Of a stretch of 64,000 nt of DNA, positions 41,113 to 54,938 are shown piece by piece (position 1 is the stretch's first letter; each line of letters opens with the position of its first letter). The translations under genes and the position numbers were made by a program. Below the pieces are notes generated by a model. The model did not search any database. It saw only the letters and a program-made list of their open reading frames with translations, and was not told where the DNA came from. The DNA comes from the human T2T-CHM13v2.0 reference genome, Homo sapiens: the NCBI RefSeq assembly GCF_009914755.1, contig NC_060942.1; one strand, written 5' to 3'.

Positions 41113-43383
41113 TATTTTTCTTCATTTCTGTAGAGACTATAGCAATATGCTATTTTCTGATATTGGGGTAATTGTTAGCGATCTTGGTTTTTTACATGAA
41201 AAGTTATTTTCTACTAAAATCTGGATATGTCGGGTATTGTGTAGTTTGACTCTAAGTCTTATTTAAATATCTATTTTATTTGGCTTTCTCTGGCCTCATG
41301 CTTATAGGAGAAGGAGAGTACTGCCTCATTACATCCAGAATGGGATGGTAATGCAGAATCCCTAACTGGCCTTGGTTAACACCAGAGATGGGAAGGGCCC
41401 TCCCATTAGTACGGGTAGGAGATGGAATTCTTGGCTCACCATTGGACTACTTCTGATACCAGCAGTGGCTGTGAGGGTTTGGAATGCTCTGTTACTGTTC
41501 TCTACATGGCCATAATTGATATCACTGGCAGTGTGGCCTCATTACTACTGGAAAATGGTGAATGTTCTGACTCTCCACTGACTACTACAGGATGTCTCAT
41601 ATATAAATCTGAAACAATCATGTAACATGATCAATGATTTATCATATAGAATACATTAAGATGAAAACACAATTTTCTAAATAAAATCTTAATGGAGGAT
41701 TCAAATACGCACCCCACAAAAATTATTGAATTGTAAGACAAACTTAAGAAAATTTAGAATGAAGACGAAAAGGATAAAAATTAAATAACTTAAAAACTGA
41801 CAGATTACCTTAAAGCAAGATGGTAGGACTCTGGTTCATTCCTACATGGACACATTGATTCAATAACAATACACAGATCAATTCCCTTTGTGAATACATC
41901 TAGAAACCAGTTAAGCCTCTTGCATCATTTAGCACACAACCAGCCACATCAAATTCAATTAAAAAATTAGAAATACTCTCTCATCACAATCCTTACCCCT
42001 GGCATAGTACTATATAATCAGGAGGAAGCCTCCACCTCTGGGCCTCCATCTGACAAGGGAAAGAGTTGAACCATATACCCACTATCCTAGCTTTCCCTGG
42101 TGCTTCCTGAGAGACTAGTTCCTATGTCACCCTCCTTGGGCCTCTGATGAGATCAAGCTCATGTTCGATCCTTGGGGCCTACAGAGAACAAAAACAGCAG
42201 TTTGAACTACAGTGGGCCATCCACTAAGCCTCCTGCTCGCTGGCTCAGTGTAGAGCAAGAAAGAGAGAGAAATAATAGTAATAATAATCAGTTTCTAATT
42301 TCTCCATGGGGAGAAAAAGAATTTGGTGTAGAATTGAACACTCCAACTTTTCTAGATGATGCCTGAGGCAAATGGCTTCTGTCTTACCTATCTTGCAGCA
42401 CACTACAGATGCTTGGGGCCACTAAGAATAAAACCGGTGGTTATGACTAGTGCAAAGGTCTATAGAAGCTCTGGCTGATTCATATATATACAAATGGTTT
42501 TTATTGGAAAAAATTGTATTAATCACAGGTCTTGAGGATCAAGAAGAGGGTCAGGAACTAGGGTTAGGCAGGAGATGTAGGACCTTGCTACCTAGAGAAA
42601 GTTTTCTGATGCCTCAGGCTTTTGCCTCATGAGTTTTTATTCACAAAGTCTGCAAGGTAGAATAGATTGGTCCAGCTTGTGCCGAGCACCTACTCCTTTG
42701 CTGGTGGCTGGGAGGGGCAAGTGGAATGGAAGTCAGTTAATTAAAAGCCTCACTACAAATACATGGGTGTTGGGGTGGGTGGTTAGTGGCATTCTACAAG
42801 GAAAATAGTGCAAGGAGACATAAATTATGTATGCATCTGAGACCTGTACTCTTTACAGGAGTAAGAGAGAAGGATTAGGAAATAGCAGGCAGCGTAAATC
42901 CACTACCACAATAATGAATGAATTGATTTCCTGCTGGAACCTGAACATATCTGCTTTAAAGATTACTTGAAGGCACATGAAGAGTCTTATGTTGGTAACT
43001 TTCTATCTAGGATTCATTCTAAGTGGCTTCTACTCTTTCTATCTTGAATCAAATCAAAGAGATGACCCTAAGTAGAAGTACACTCCAGAGAATTTGAGAG
43101 ATCCAAATATTTTTTTCGTTCAGTCCAACTAGTGACTTTTGAAAGTATATCTCTGACAGTACCATCAGTCATTGCACGGAAGTCTTCATTTTATGAAGAT
43201 AATTGAATGCCTGATTAAATACTTGTTGGTTTAGTTTCATCTGTTTTATTAGTGATGGGATCCCTTTTATTTGAATCATTTTGACATTCACAGCGCCTTA
43301 AGAAATATTGTGACTAGTGATATTGTCACATATGTTATTGAAATTCCAAGATAAAGCTCTGAAATAATCATTTTACATAAATC

Positions 43384-43604
43384 AGAATTTCCCAACCTTG
43401 GCATTATTGAAATTTTGGGATGGGTGATTCTTTGCTTGGTGTATGGGGACAGAGCTGTGCCCTGTGAGATGTTTACTAGAATCTCTGGCCTTTACTTACT
43501 AGATGCCAGTAGCACGATTAGAGTTGCGACAATCAAAAATGTCTTAAGACATTGTCAAATATCTCCTAAAAAGCAAAAAAAATCTCAGTTGGGAATGACT
43601 ACTG
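43384..43604. mobile_element. MER20 DNA transposon
   Basis: 'tcccaaccttggcattattga', 'actagatgccagtagcac', 'gacaatcaaaaatgtcttaagacattgtcaaat'. Confidence 0.85.
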
Positions 43605-43782
43605 TAAATAGGAGGGGATTCTTGACAATGAAATTAGTAGAACATTTAAAGTGCGCACTGCAAAATATTGGTGTGTGATAAAGTTGAAAAAACAAAGTAC
43701 TACTCTTACATTGGTAAGAGGGGCTACCCTCCTGTTATGGGGGAATTTAGCATGCATACTCTGATTAGAAAACCATCCTAGG

Positions 43783-43945
43783 AAGTGATTCTCAACTGTG
43801 GATGAACAATTTGAATAATCTGTGGGACTTTTAAAACAATATTGTGCTAGGCCACAATCTAGATAAATTATATCAGGCATTTTGGTGGTGGACTTAGACA
43901 TTTTTATTATTGAAAAGTTCCCCTAAATAATTTTAATATAGAGCA
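43783..43945. mobile_element. MER5-family relic
   Basis: 'agtgattctcaactgtggatgaacaatttgaataatctgtggga'. Confidence 0.5.
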
Positions 43946-44580
43946 ATTTAATATGTACCATATTAGAATAATCTAAAGTAATTATCCTTGAAAATCCACC
44001 AGAAACAAGCTCAGAAATTTTTGCAAGAGTATACCACACATGGATGGATTCCTGCTTGAGTATTCACGTGGCCACTAGAATTGTATCCTATTCAGAAGCT
44101 TCCGGGGACAAAGTGCCTCAGGGCTCTGCTCCAGGGGTTTACAGCACCAGAAATCTGTATCCCAATTGGTTGATCATTAAAACAAACTGAATAAAGGAAA
44201 TTTACAGATTAAGGTATTCTCTGATGAACTAGTAATTAAAATATTGACAACATTCTCTATATTAATATTGGATATACCTATATACGGATCCAGACGTTGC
44301 AACAGTTTATTAGAAAGCTAGATAATATATAGTGACATTATATCAGAATTCCTTGGGTGAATTTCAGCTAATTGCTGGTCTACAGAGCTACACACATAGT
44401 CCCGGATTTAACAGGAGATCTGATTTATTGTCCATCTGCTTCTGGCCTGTAGGTCTATCTTCACCATATGCTTTGAATCAATTTTGATTATAGGTGGACT
44501 TAAAATAATCAATCAAATATATAAACTTCAGACCAATACACAAAGCACTGAAAATCAGTAAAAAGTGTCGAGATTGTGGC

Positions 44581-44992
44581 TGTACTGAGTCAGAATTTTC
44601 TACCTAATTCTTGTTCTGGTGATTTATGTAGTGGGGGCTATTCACAAGAGCCTGGGAGTAAGAAAGCAGAACAGGACAGGAGGAAAGAAATAAAATTGTG
44701 GTCTCAGCTGGAGACTAGCTTTAGTCTTCTCTTATAAGGAACACTTTAGAGCTCAAATTATAGGGCAGAGTTAGCCCCACTTGAGGCAAATAAAACTACT
44801 TTCAGACTCCCTGACAGTCAGTCCTTAGTTAATTTGTGGAGGAGGGAAAAGCCTCCTGAAATTATATTTGGCTGAGTGAAATTCTCTGGATAGAAGTTAT
44901 CTGATTTGTTAGCCAACATGTACAGCAGCTATGGGAACACTGCACCTGTTGGTAAGGAGGAGCTGGGCCCATCACCAATAGCATCCACTAGA
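44581..44992. mobile_element. Old MaLR LTR (MLT1-type)
   Basis: 'tggtctcagctggagactagc...ccccacttgaggcaa...agcatccacta'. Confidence 0.55.
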
Positions 44993-45245
44993 GGGTATAA
45001 CACAATCACTTCATTTCATATTTTCACATGCAGTATCCTATTTTAATCATCAGTAAATTAGGGAATGTGAACTAGCCATATAACATTAGGATGTCTGCAT
45101 TTTTCTACACCTTAGCCATCTGTAATCAAAGCTTCCCTGTCACTTTCAAGGAGACAATTTAGACATAACCAATCAATACTGATGGTATAGTGTTCACTAG
45201 GATCAGATAAGGGCACCTACTTGCAGAATGAAACATTAGCTTTTA

Positions 45246-45428
45246 GGTCAGGCATGGTGGCTCACACCTGTAATCTCAGCACTTTGGAGGCTGAGGCAAG
45301 AGGATGCCTTGAGCCCAGGAGGTAGAGGATGCAGTGAGGTGTGATCACTCCACTATACCCTAACCTGGGCGAGAGAATGGGACCCTGTCTCAAAAACAAA
45401 AATAAAAACAGAAAAGAAAATAAAAACT
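45246..45428 (+). mobile_element. Alu monomer (FRAM-like)
   Basis: Single ~150-bp Alu arm with A-rich tail. Confidence 0.8.
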
Positions 45429-45507
45429 TCTATGTGCTCAACTCCCTTCCCAAACTTTTTAAATTGAGAAACAAAAATCCAAAAATTATGAAATATTTCA
45501 TAGAGTT

Positions 45508-45875
45508 TATGCATTCATTTGTTCAATAAGTGTTTATTTGAATGCTCTGTATGTAATTGACAATGCTCTATAATTTGGGGTACAAAAGTGCAGAAAACAG
45601 ACAATTTTGAAGACAGTTATCATGCAGCTTTTATTCTAGTTGAGGAAGTAAATAAATAAAAAATACTAGTTTAGATGGTAATAAGTGTTGTAGAAAAAAA
45701 TAAAGCAGAGTAGAAAGATGGATGCTGGTGGACATGGGAGTGAATAGATGCTATTTTAGATCAGATGGTTAAGAAGATGCTATTTTAGATCAGATGGTTA
45801 AGAAAGGCTTCTCTGGTAAGTGGGCAACTAAGCAGACGGCTGAATGATGTGAGGGAGCAAGCGCTGCAGATACAG
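45508..45875 (-). mobile_element. L2 3' fragment
   Basis: 'cattcatttgttcaataagtgtttatttgaatgc', 'gaaaggcttctctggtaagtggg'. Confidence 0.7.
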
Positions 45876-47709
45876 AATTTCCTAAAAGTGTTCTATTAAA
45901 AACATATAACATGAAATACCTTCATAAATCTGATGAGTTTCCATCAATGAAGGTTAAGGTGTAGATGACTCTTTTTAGTCAACGTGATGTTATAGCACCA
46001 ATAGTCGTCCATCCCTGCCAGTGACTAATGACACAATGTCCCTGAGCTGTATTAAAAAACGAGGCATAACTCAGATTTGGTGTCTGCTTTGAAAAGCAAA
46101 GATGTTTATGAAACTATTGCAAGAAACCACCAACAGTATGCAGTAGGGAATTAACTTCTTAGAAGACTTACACATGCTTAAAAAAATCATTATTTTGGCC
46201 TTAAATTTTTATATGTAATATTATTATAATTTAAAGTTATAAAACTTAATTTCTGTATAAAAGAGAGGAGCATAAAAGAGGCTATTGATACAAGTTTATT
46301 TAGACAGACATAATAGGTTTAACCTTAGGAAACAGGTAACAAAATGACATTTTATGATTATCAAAGGGATGAAGGATGAAGTCAAATAAACCTATTCACA
46401 GTATCCCATAAAATGAATAAAGATTTTTTATCAAATTGACAGCAGTGAACTAAATATTAATTTAACTTATATACCATGTAGGAAACAAAATTTTAATAAT
46501 TTACAGCACTTTTCCACTTTATTGCCTTATTGACTATTACAGCTCTTAGATCATCCAGGTAGAAAAAGAGACTTTGGAACCTATTAATATACAGTTTCAG
46601 TATGGATAGCCTTCAACTGCTTAGAGTAGCTTTAAAAAAAACTCAGGTCATCTTTTAAATAAACTAGTTTTTAATGTAAAAATTAGAGTGATTTTTGTTT
46701 CTGTATCATATTACACCTACTAAAGTCAGGCCTAAAAATGTACTGTGTACAATAGAATAAATTACACAAGGCAATATTGCAGGAATGCTGGAAACATTGA
46801 CTGTTTATCCAAGCACATAATTTGGTTTTATTTCGAGAATAGTATTAAAATAGTCTAATCTTTAATAGGAACCCAAGTCAAGTTCCTACTACAATTACTT
46901 TGTCAAAATTTGAGACTATTCTTACTATCATGTTTCTGAGTAAAATAGTGTCCTTGGACATAAATGGAAATGTTTAATTTATAGTAATATGATCCTTGCA
47001 AGTCAATTATTTAGAGTATTATGAACAGATGATTTAATCAGAGAACTGAAGAAAGAATATTTGTCCTAGCTCTATATCACTGACAATACATTGCTTCACA
47101 AATCTAAAGAGACTCCTTGAATTTTGATCTATGAACCAGACATTGTAGTGCTATTAAAATAGCTATACTTTATTTGGAAGATTCCAGATTGTGTGTGCTG
47201 CTGATGGTATGTGTGCATCATTTCAGGTTTTACTTCAATTATACCTATGTAAAAATAGATTAAAGAGAAGACGTGCTACCTAAATTATTTCGAGAATCTA
47301 AAATATTCCTCTAGGTTTTAGGAAACCTCATTTACCTAAAAATATTATAAGCCAATGATTCCAGAAAATACATTTCCACGTTTAATATTAATTATGCCTG
47401 ATATAAATGAACTTTTGAAATAACTGGAATGAATAACTTTAGGACCTTGATAAGAAACAAGATTTCTTGTTCACATCTTCAACTCAAATATATGCATCTT
47501 CCAATGAAGGCCTTCTCTAAGTCAGAGATAAAATCAATAAAAATTTTACTCTGCTAATTAAAAGAATGAATCTGCCCAACAATAGGAATTATTTGACAAT
47601 TCTAATATCAACTGAGTAATGCTAGCAATAAGCAGTTAAAACATTTGCTTATTTATATAATTTATATACATATAAATATTCTTGAAAACAGTAACAATTG
47701 ACTCATTGA

Positions 47710-48036
<327 letters not shown>

Positions 48037-48149
48037 AAATTTTCAATTTTTTTAAGATGCCCAATTTTCTTAAGTTAATTAGAATCCATGACATTTATGT
48101 GATTGGAAAGCACATTAATATAAAATTTGCATATCAATTATTGAGATTC

Positions 48150-48240
48150 TTTTTGGTTTTTGTTTTTTGTTGGTATTTTTGGTTTCTAGAGATAGGTTCT
48201 TGCTCTGTCACTCAGGCTGGAGTGCAGTGATGTGATCCTA
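48150..48240 (-). mobile_element. Short Alu 3' fragment
   Basis: 'tgctctgtcactcaggctggagtgcagtga' after a T-rich tail. Confidence 0.7.
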
Positions 48241-49841
48241 GACTCAATCATATTATTCGAATTCAATACAAATCTATTCAATATTTGAATGTCTAAGTAC
48301 CCAACACTGTGTCAGGTGATATTATTTTTTATGGGGAGAAAATTTCAAGTTCACTTAAGCAAAGACATTCTTTAAGGCTTCTTTATTAATAGTGGGAACA
48401 GGACCGCAGAAAAGTTTAGTTTAGCATCTAAATTGAGGGTCAAATATGACTAAGACTTGACCAGGAAATAGGAGGAGAAAAAGTGATTCTAGAGAGTAGA
48501 GAATCATGTGTCTAATATTCTCATGCTTCCATATTCTTCAAGGCTTCTGAAGGAAGATATATAAAATTCAAAAAGTTTCAGAAACTTTAAATAAACTTTA
48601 TTAAACGCTTGACTAATACAACTCTTGACTAATAAAACTCATGTTCAAAAGCATGACAAGGAGGTGTGCCAAGTACAAGTTGATCAATTTGCTCATACTT
48701 TCAAATAGTCTTCTTTTGTAAAAAGTTACATGTTAGCATGAAATTGGAGAAATCAATGTAAGCAAAACAAGAAAGGATAAGGTTTCAGGATGGAGTCTTT
48801 CTTGTATAATTTTTCCTCACTGACTAAGATGTTGAATAATTTTCCAGGCTATTTTACCCTGATTTTCAAACTTTGATGCTATGATCGAAATGAGCTTAAG
48901 AAATGTAGAGAAGAAGAATAAAACTTTAAGAGCATACAGATCCCATAGTTTTGTACATAGTTGTTCATTATTGTTATTATAACTAAAGACTAAAAGAAAC
49001 TAAAGACCCAGGGGACAATCCAGAAAAAATGTTAACTACTCAATTATTGCTAAGAGTTTATCATCTTCTTTACACCCAAAGTGTGCCTCATTGTTCCTTT
49101 CCAAATACTGCACCCTGATATTGACCTTCTAGTTCTTAATACTTTACAATGAGTAAGTGGAAAAGGTGGCTCCTGTGAGCTGTCCACCCCAGAGCTGACC
49201 AAGGATGACCTTCAAGACAAGTACAGATTTTAACTAAGGATTTGGCTTGCATATTAGATGTGGTGGGGCCTCACACTGGTGAACTGAATTGGTCCATATG
49301 TTAACCTCAAGAATATGTGTGATCTGTCTTCTTGCATAAGCCACAAACTAAGGCAGGCAAACTATCGTCATTTATTACTTTCCCTAAAATAGTGTTTCTC
49401 AAAATGTGATTGAGAGTTCATAGGCAACAGAGTCATCTGGGATGCATGCTAGAAATTCACATACTTCATCTTCATTACTCCCACCCCATACACATATGAT
49501 GATTCAGAATCTCTTGAGGTTGTTTCTGGGAATCTGTAGCTTCAACACTGTGGAGGTAATGCCACACAATTGTGAGCATCTGCCCAAGAAGACCTCACAG
49601 GGGGTAATTGAGGAGTTACCCCTGAGGCACGAAGAGACTGAAAAAGGCGTATCAAAGGAAAACAAGAGTAGTTATTCAAACTTATGTGCAGTTAAACTCA
49701 TCTTACAGGGAGTTAAACTCACTCACTTAGAATCTCTGCGATGTCTTCATTCTCAGGGCAAATAAAGGAAATGAGTGTTGGGCACAGGCCCACCTGTGAC
49801 ATTCAAGTAGATGCACACATGCTTTGTACCTGAATACTTAC

Positions 49842-50251
49842 TTTCATGTGCGTCCATGTGAAGAGACCACCAAACAGGCTTTGTGTGAGCAATAAAGCTT
49901 TTAATCACCTGGGTGCAGGTGGGCTGAGTCCGAAAAGAGAGTCAGCGAAGGGAGATAGGGGTGGGGCCGTTTTATAGGATTTGGGTAGATAAAGGAAAAT
50001 TACAGTCAAAGGGGTTTGTTCTCTGGTGGGCAGGAGTGGGGGTCACAAGGTACTCAGTGGGGGAGCTTTTGAGCCAGGATGGGCCAGGAGAAGGAATTTC
50101 ACAAGACAATGTCATCAGTTAAGGCAGGAACAGGCCATTTTCACTTCTTTTGTGGTGGAATGTCATCAGTTAAGGCAGGAACCAGCCATCTGGATTGTAC
50201 GTGAAGGTCACAGGGGATATGATGGCTTAGCTTGGGCTCAGAGGCCTGACA
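49842..50251 (-). mobile_element. LTR7 (HERV-H) solo LTR, 410 bp
   Basis: Minus strand starts TGTCAGGCCTCTGAGCCCAAGCTAAGCCATCATATCCCC; duplicated U3 repeat (CCTTAACTGATGACATT x2); TATAAAA (49976-49970); ATTAAA; ends CATGAAA; perfect 5-bp TSD CTTAC (49837-41 / 50252-56). Confidence 0.96.
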
Positions 50252-50904
50252 CTTACAAGTGATAAATTAAAAAACCTGTTAAATAAAATATCTTTATTTA
50301 TCTTTCTATTTTGATAACTATTCCTTTATAATGTCCTGAGAAGCCAGGTCCCATCTAGAATGTTCAGATTTTTTAAAGCTTTGTGTTAGTACATGATAGC
50401 ACAGGCAGAGCCAGCTCCAGATTCTCAGCCTCCAACTCATAGCCAACCCCTTCTTATCTCTGTCTGTGTGCACTCTAGGGGGTGAAGCAACATAGGAGCA
50501 AACATGGGTGATGTTTCCCTAACATAGGAGATGTTTGTGGGCAAACATGGGAGATGATAGCACATCACATACATACAGGTAACGTCTATCCTCAGACACA
50601 CCAGGAGCTGCTCTTTGGCCATGGCTAATCCTCAGGCCCCACATTTGTACCTTGAGATACAGCTCTTGCAGTCCCTGGAAGTAAGCTAAGGGCTATTAAG
50701 GTGTGGAATTCTCTAGTGTGCTCTCACGGAGTGCCATAGGCTCTTATAGGACTGTCCCCTTTGCCTGGGGAATTCTTGCCCTGCAGAGAAAGACTAGGCC
50801 AGGTCTTGACAAAGCACAGGAACCAAAGCAGGAAGACATGGGGCTATCTTAAGTGGATGGATTCTTACAATTTAAATACTGTATAGTCTAAGTTTCTGGT
50901 TTCT

Positions 50905-51053
50905 TGGAGACAGGGTCTTGTTCTGTCACCCAAGCTGGAGTGCAATGGCACAATCATGACTCAATACAGACTCAAACTCCTGGGATCAAGTAATCCTCCC
51001 ACCTCGGCCCCCCAAAATGCTGGGATTACAGGCATCAGCCACTTCACCCAGCC
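50905..51053 (-). mobile_element. Alu monomer (FRAM/AluJ-like)
   Basis: Single antisense Alu arm. Confidence 0.8.
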
Positions 51054-51586
51054 TAGACTATTTATGATTGATTTGTTCATTCATTTGTTGAGTATTTATT
51101 GAGCTATATTGCAAGTGTTAGTGAAGACATTTGGGATATATTAGTGAATAAAACAGACTAAGTTCTTGCTTATGTGAAGCTCACATTCTCAATACCTTCT
51201 ATAGCATACCTGTCACCTGCCATCTTCAGTCCTCTTGGAAATATGCATTGACAGGCAATTCAGTTTCTTTCATTGTTGGCTACTATTTTTATCTATTTTT
51301 TTAAATCAATTGGATATATGGGCACCTTCACAAGATAATGAAAATTCCATCTGTGATTTTTTTTGGCAATTAATTTATAGATGGAACTAAAGACTCTTGC
51401 AGGAAGACAGCTATTTTTTTAAGCCAAGAAAAAAAGGAAAAAGAAAAATTATCATTGTATTATAAATTGCCTCTTGACCATGACATGACTTGCTATTGCA
51501 ATTGATTTGATATGCTAAACTTATTTCAAATAAAAAAAAGAAGTTTAGAAGAATTTATAAACATTTTGTAAAAGTTTGTAAGTTTA

Positions 51587-51871
51587 GGCCGGGCGCAGTG
51601 GTTCATGCCTGTAATCCCAGCACTTTGGGAGGCAGAGGCGGGCGGATCACGAGGTCAGGAGATGGAGACCATCCTGGCTAACACGGTGAAACCCCATCTC
51701 TACTAAAAATACAAAAAATTAGCCGGGTGTGGTGGCGGGCGCCTGTAGTCCCAGCCAGTCGGGAGGCTGAGGTAGAATGGCGTGAACCCGGGAGGCGGAG
51801 CTTGGAGTGAGCCCAGATGGTGCCACTGCACTCTAGCCTGGGCGACAGAGTGAGACTCGTCTGAAAAAAAA
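51587..51871 (+). mobile_element. AluY
   Basis: Y diagnostics; TSD aaaagtttgtaagttta / aaaagtttttaagttta. Confidence 0.94.
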
Positions 51872-51902
51872 AAAAGTTTTTAAGTTTAAAACTGTATAAA
51901 CT

Positions 51903-52046
51903 CCTGCAATTTTTTTATCTAAACTACTTTAATGGCTGTTCAAAATGTACAAAATTATAAGTTAACAATGCAGATTAAACACCTGCAATTTTTAATCTGA
52001 ACTACTTTAATTGCTGTTCAAAATATACAAAATTATAAGTTAACAA
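51903..52046 (+). repeat. Imperfect tandem duplication, period ~79 bp
   Basis: 'cctgcaattttt...actactttaat(g/t)gctgttcaaaat(g/a)tacaaaattataagttaacaa' twice. Confidence 0.9.
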
Positions 52047-52090
52047 CACAAAAGATTATCACAATACCCAATTTCGTGTAACAGTATTGA

Positions 52091-52637
52091 TGTTACAGGA
52101 CAGGGGTCCTGATCCAAACCTCCAAGAGAGGGTTCTTGGATCTCACGCAAGAAAGAATACAGGGCGAGTCCGCAGTGCAAAGTGAAAGCAAGTTTATTAA
52201 GAAAGTAAAGGAATAAAAGAATGACTACTCCATAGACAGAGCAGCCCCGAGGGCTGCTGGTTGTCCATTTTTATAGTTATTTCTTGATATGCTAAACAAG
52301 GGGTGGATTATTCATGCCTCCCCTTTTTAGAACGTATATTTTCCTGATGTTGCCATGGCATTTGTAAACAGTCATGGCCTTGGTGGGAGTGTAGCAGTGA
52401 GGACAACCAGAGGTCACTCTCGTTGCCATTTTTGTTTTGATGGGTTTTGGCCGGCTCCTTTTCTGCAAGCTGTTTTATTAGCAAGGTCTTTATGACCTGT
52501 ATTTTGCGCTGACCTCGTATCTCATCCTGTTACTTAGAATGCCTTAACCATCTGGAAATGCTGCCCAGAAAATTTCAGCTTTATTTTACCCAGCTTCTAT
52601 TTAAGATGGAGTTGCTCTGGTTCACACGCCTCTGACG
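52091..52637 (-). mobile_element. MER41A solo LTR
   Basis: ~547 bp; 'tgttacaggacaggggtcctgatcc...gagttgctctggttcacacgcctctgac'; lacks the tandem GAS segment. Confidence 0.88.
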
Positions 52638-54405
52638 CTGGGACTCAGATATTTTAAATATGGTAAATAGTATTGCTACATTGGCTGACAATACTCCAAA
52701 GATATCAGCAGGAAAATCTGTTGATTCAACAAAACAAAGTTAATGAGACTTAGAACAGTAGGGTAAATACCCCTTTGTCAATATCTTAGCTGTGCCTCAG
52801 AAGTGAAAACCCTGAGGGGGAATATTTATGGTGTTTCCGGACTTGAGTGGTTGCTTTCAAGGGTTTTAGGACCTGGGCTGTTGATTTTAGGGTGGGTTAT
52901 GCAATACGGCATAGTGCTTGAGATTGGCAGAGTTTGTGACATAGTAGCTTTGGATTGGCAGCCACAGCAAGAAGAAAGTCTTCAAATGCAAAATGACAAG
53001 TAGGCTATGTTAGTAATTCACTGTTAAAGCTTCCAGGACCAACTATTTCCTGGACAAAGCAGCTAGGCTAGTTTTACCTGGTCTCAGTGTTGCTTAGGTT
53101 GTTTAGTTTTTTGGTTTTTTTTTAGTGTTGTTTTTTTTTTAAATAAAAGATTGTATACTTTGTCCCAGAATTAATTAGCATGGGAACAGAAAAACATGGT
53201 TTCAGTTTTCAGGTGAACCCCAATTTTTTTTTCTAATAAATTGCTGTTGTAGGAAAGTTGGAAGTTGTTTAGGTTTATTTTGTTTAGTAGGAGAAAACTA
53301 AGCTTAATCTTCGTATCAATTATATGAAAACATGATGCCAATGCAGTTAATCTAATTAATTTTCCATTTCTGCTAGCCATACTGATATTTCATGTTTCTA
53401 TATATTATTTTTAAAGAATATTTTTCTTTTTTCTTTAATATCTTGTCTTCAAGAACACCTATGAGTGAAGGAATAACAAATTCAATAATAAATAAAATAA
53501 TCTAAAAGATGTTGGGATTTGTGATTGATTTTGGTTTTCTGATTTTGACCAGGTATGATTTTGCCCTAAGTATGACTGTAATTAAGGAAAGTAAAGAATT
53601 CAAGTTTCTTTGCCTCAGACTCTCAGCTTTAGAAAATTACCCAGAGGCCACTGTTGAGCTGAAATTGATTATGCCAAGAGCACCCTTGCCCTTCTTTTGC
53701 TTGACTAAAACAAATCAGCACTAGGTATGCAAAGCCCTTAGGAGAACTCTAGCTGCCTTCGACCTGCTTGTCAAAGCAACCTGACCTCAGATTCAGATTC
53801 TTGTGTTACTCTAGGTGAGCAATTGTCAATATTAGGCTAGATTTTATGAACTTTAAAAACAAGAATTTAGGAAATTGAAGCTAATATTAATCTGTTCAAA
53901 GTGCTAATATCTTTGGTTTGGTCTTACTTTGTCACTATTTTTTACTGACTGCTACATATAGTAGATCTTTTCTTTGTTGTGTATTTTTCAGTAATGTTGC
54001 TGATTTTTAGGTTTTGCTCTAAGTCCTTTAGCCACAAACAGCTTTTCGATATTTTTTGGCCCTTCTGCTCTAGTTTTAAACTTTTCTAATGGTCATATTA
54101 AGAGAATATTGCTATTCATTTCCAAAATGTGAGTACAAGCATGCTGTAATGCAATGTGAACTACATTAGGAGTCGGGCAGTACGAATACTGGTCCTGGCT
54201 CTCAGAGCAGCTAACTGTGTAAATTTAGAAAATCCCTTTGGAAATTAACAGAGGTTTAAATAAGTAAGAGGATACAAAGAGAAAGTTTTAGTTCATAACA
54301 CGAATTTAATTTTCACCAAATTTAACATAGAGAAAGAATGAAGTGTTCCTAAATAGAAAGCTGAATTTTTCTTTTCTTTCTCCTGTCTAGCCTCTCTGCT
54401 GATAA

Positions 54406-54938
54406 TGTTGAATTTCATGCCAGCCTCATGCTCTGGAAAACAATGATGCTTAAGAAATCCCCCTAGTCTTTTTTTTATCTAAAATCCTCTTTTGTATGTT
54501 ATGGGAAATGGATTATCTGGAAGAACTAACTTCCCCATATGAACACGTGTTGATCCTTTCTCTTGACTCCTGTAAGATTTGCAGATGGCTCCATTGTTTA
54601 TCTGTGATAAGGCCAAACACAACCTTCCCCCACTTTGCCTCAACCTGACAACAAAACCAGACAGACCTTTCAACTTCCCCTTTATGGTCTCATGAATGAT
54701 CAGCTGAGATTAGAACTTTTGTCCCCTGTGAAACTAGCTAGACACAGGGATAAATATTTCTATTTTAGCTAAGAATTCCCTGATTGGAAAAAAATAAGAA
54801 TCCCAACTGTGGATCACCCCACCTTTATTTAACTTGTCAAATTCTTCCTGCTGAGACCCTGATTTTTAAATCTCCCTCCCTATGGAAAAGCTTTGAATAA
54901 AATCAATTTCCTTACTTGCTTGGCTCCTGTCTTTGACA
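54406..54938 (+). mobile_element. Old ERV1-class solo LTR (MER89/MER90-like)
   Basis: TG...CA ends; 'ctggaaaacaatgatgcttaagaaatcccc', 'cttccccatatga', AATAAA near the 3' end. Confidence 0.55.
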
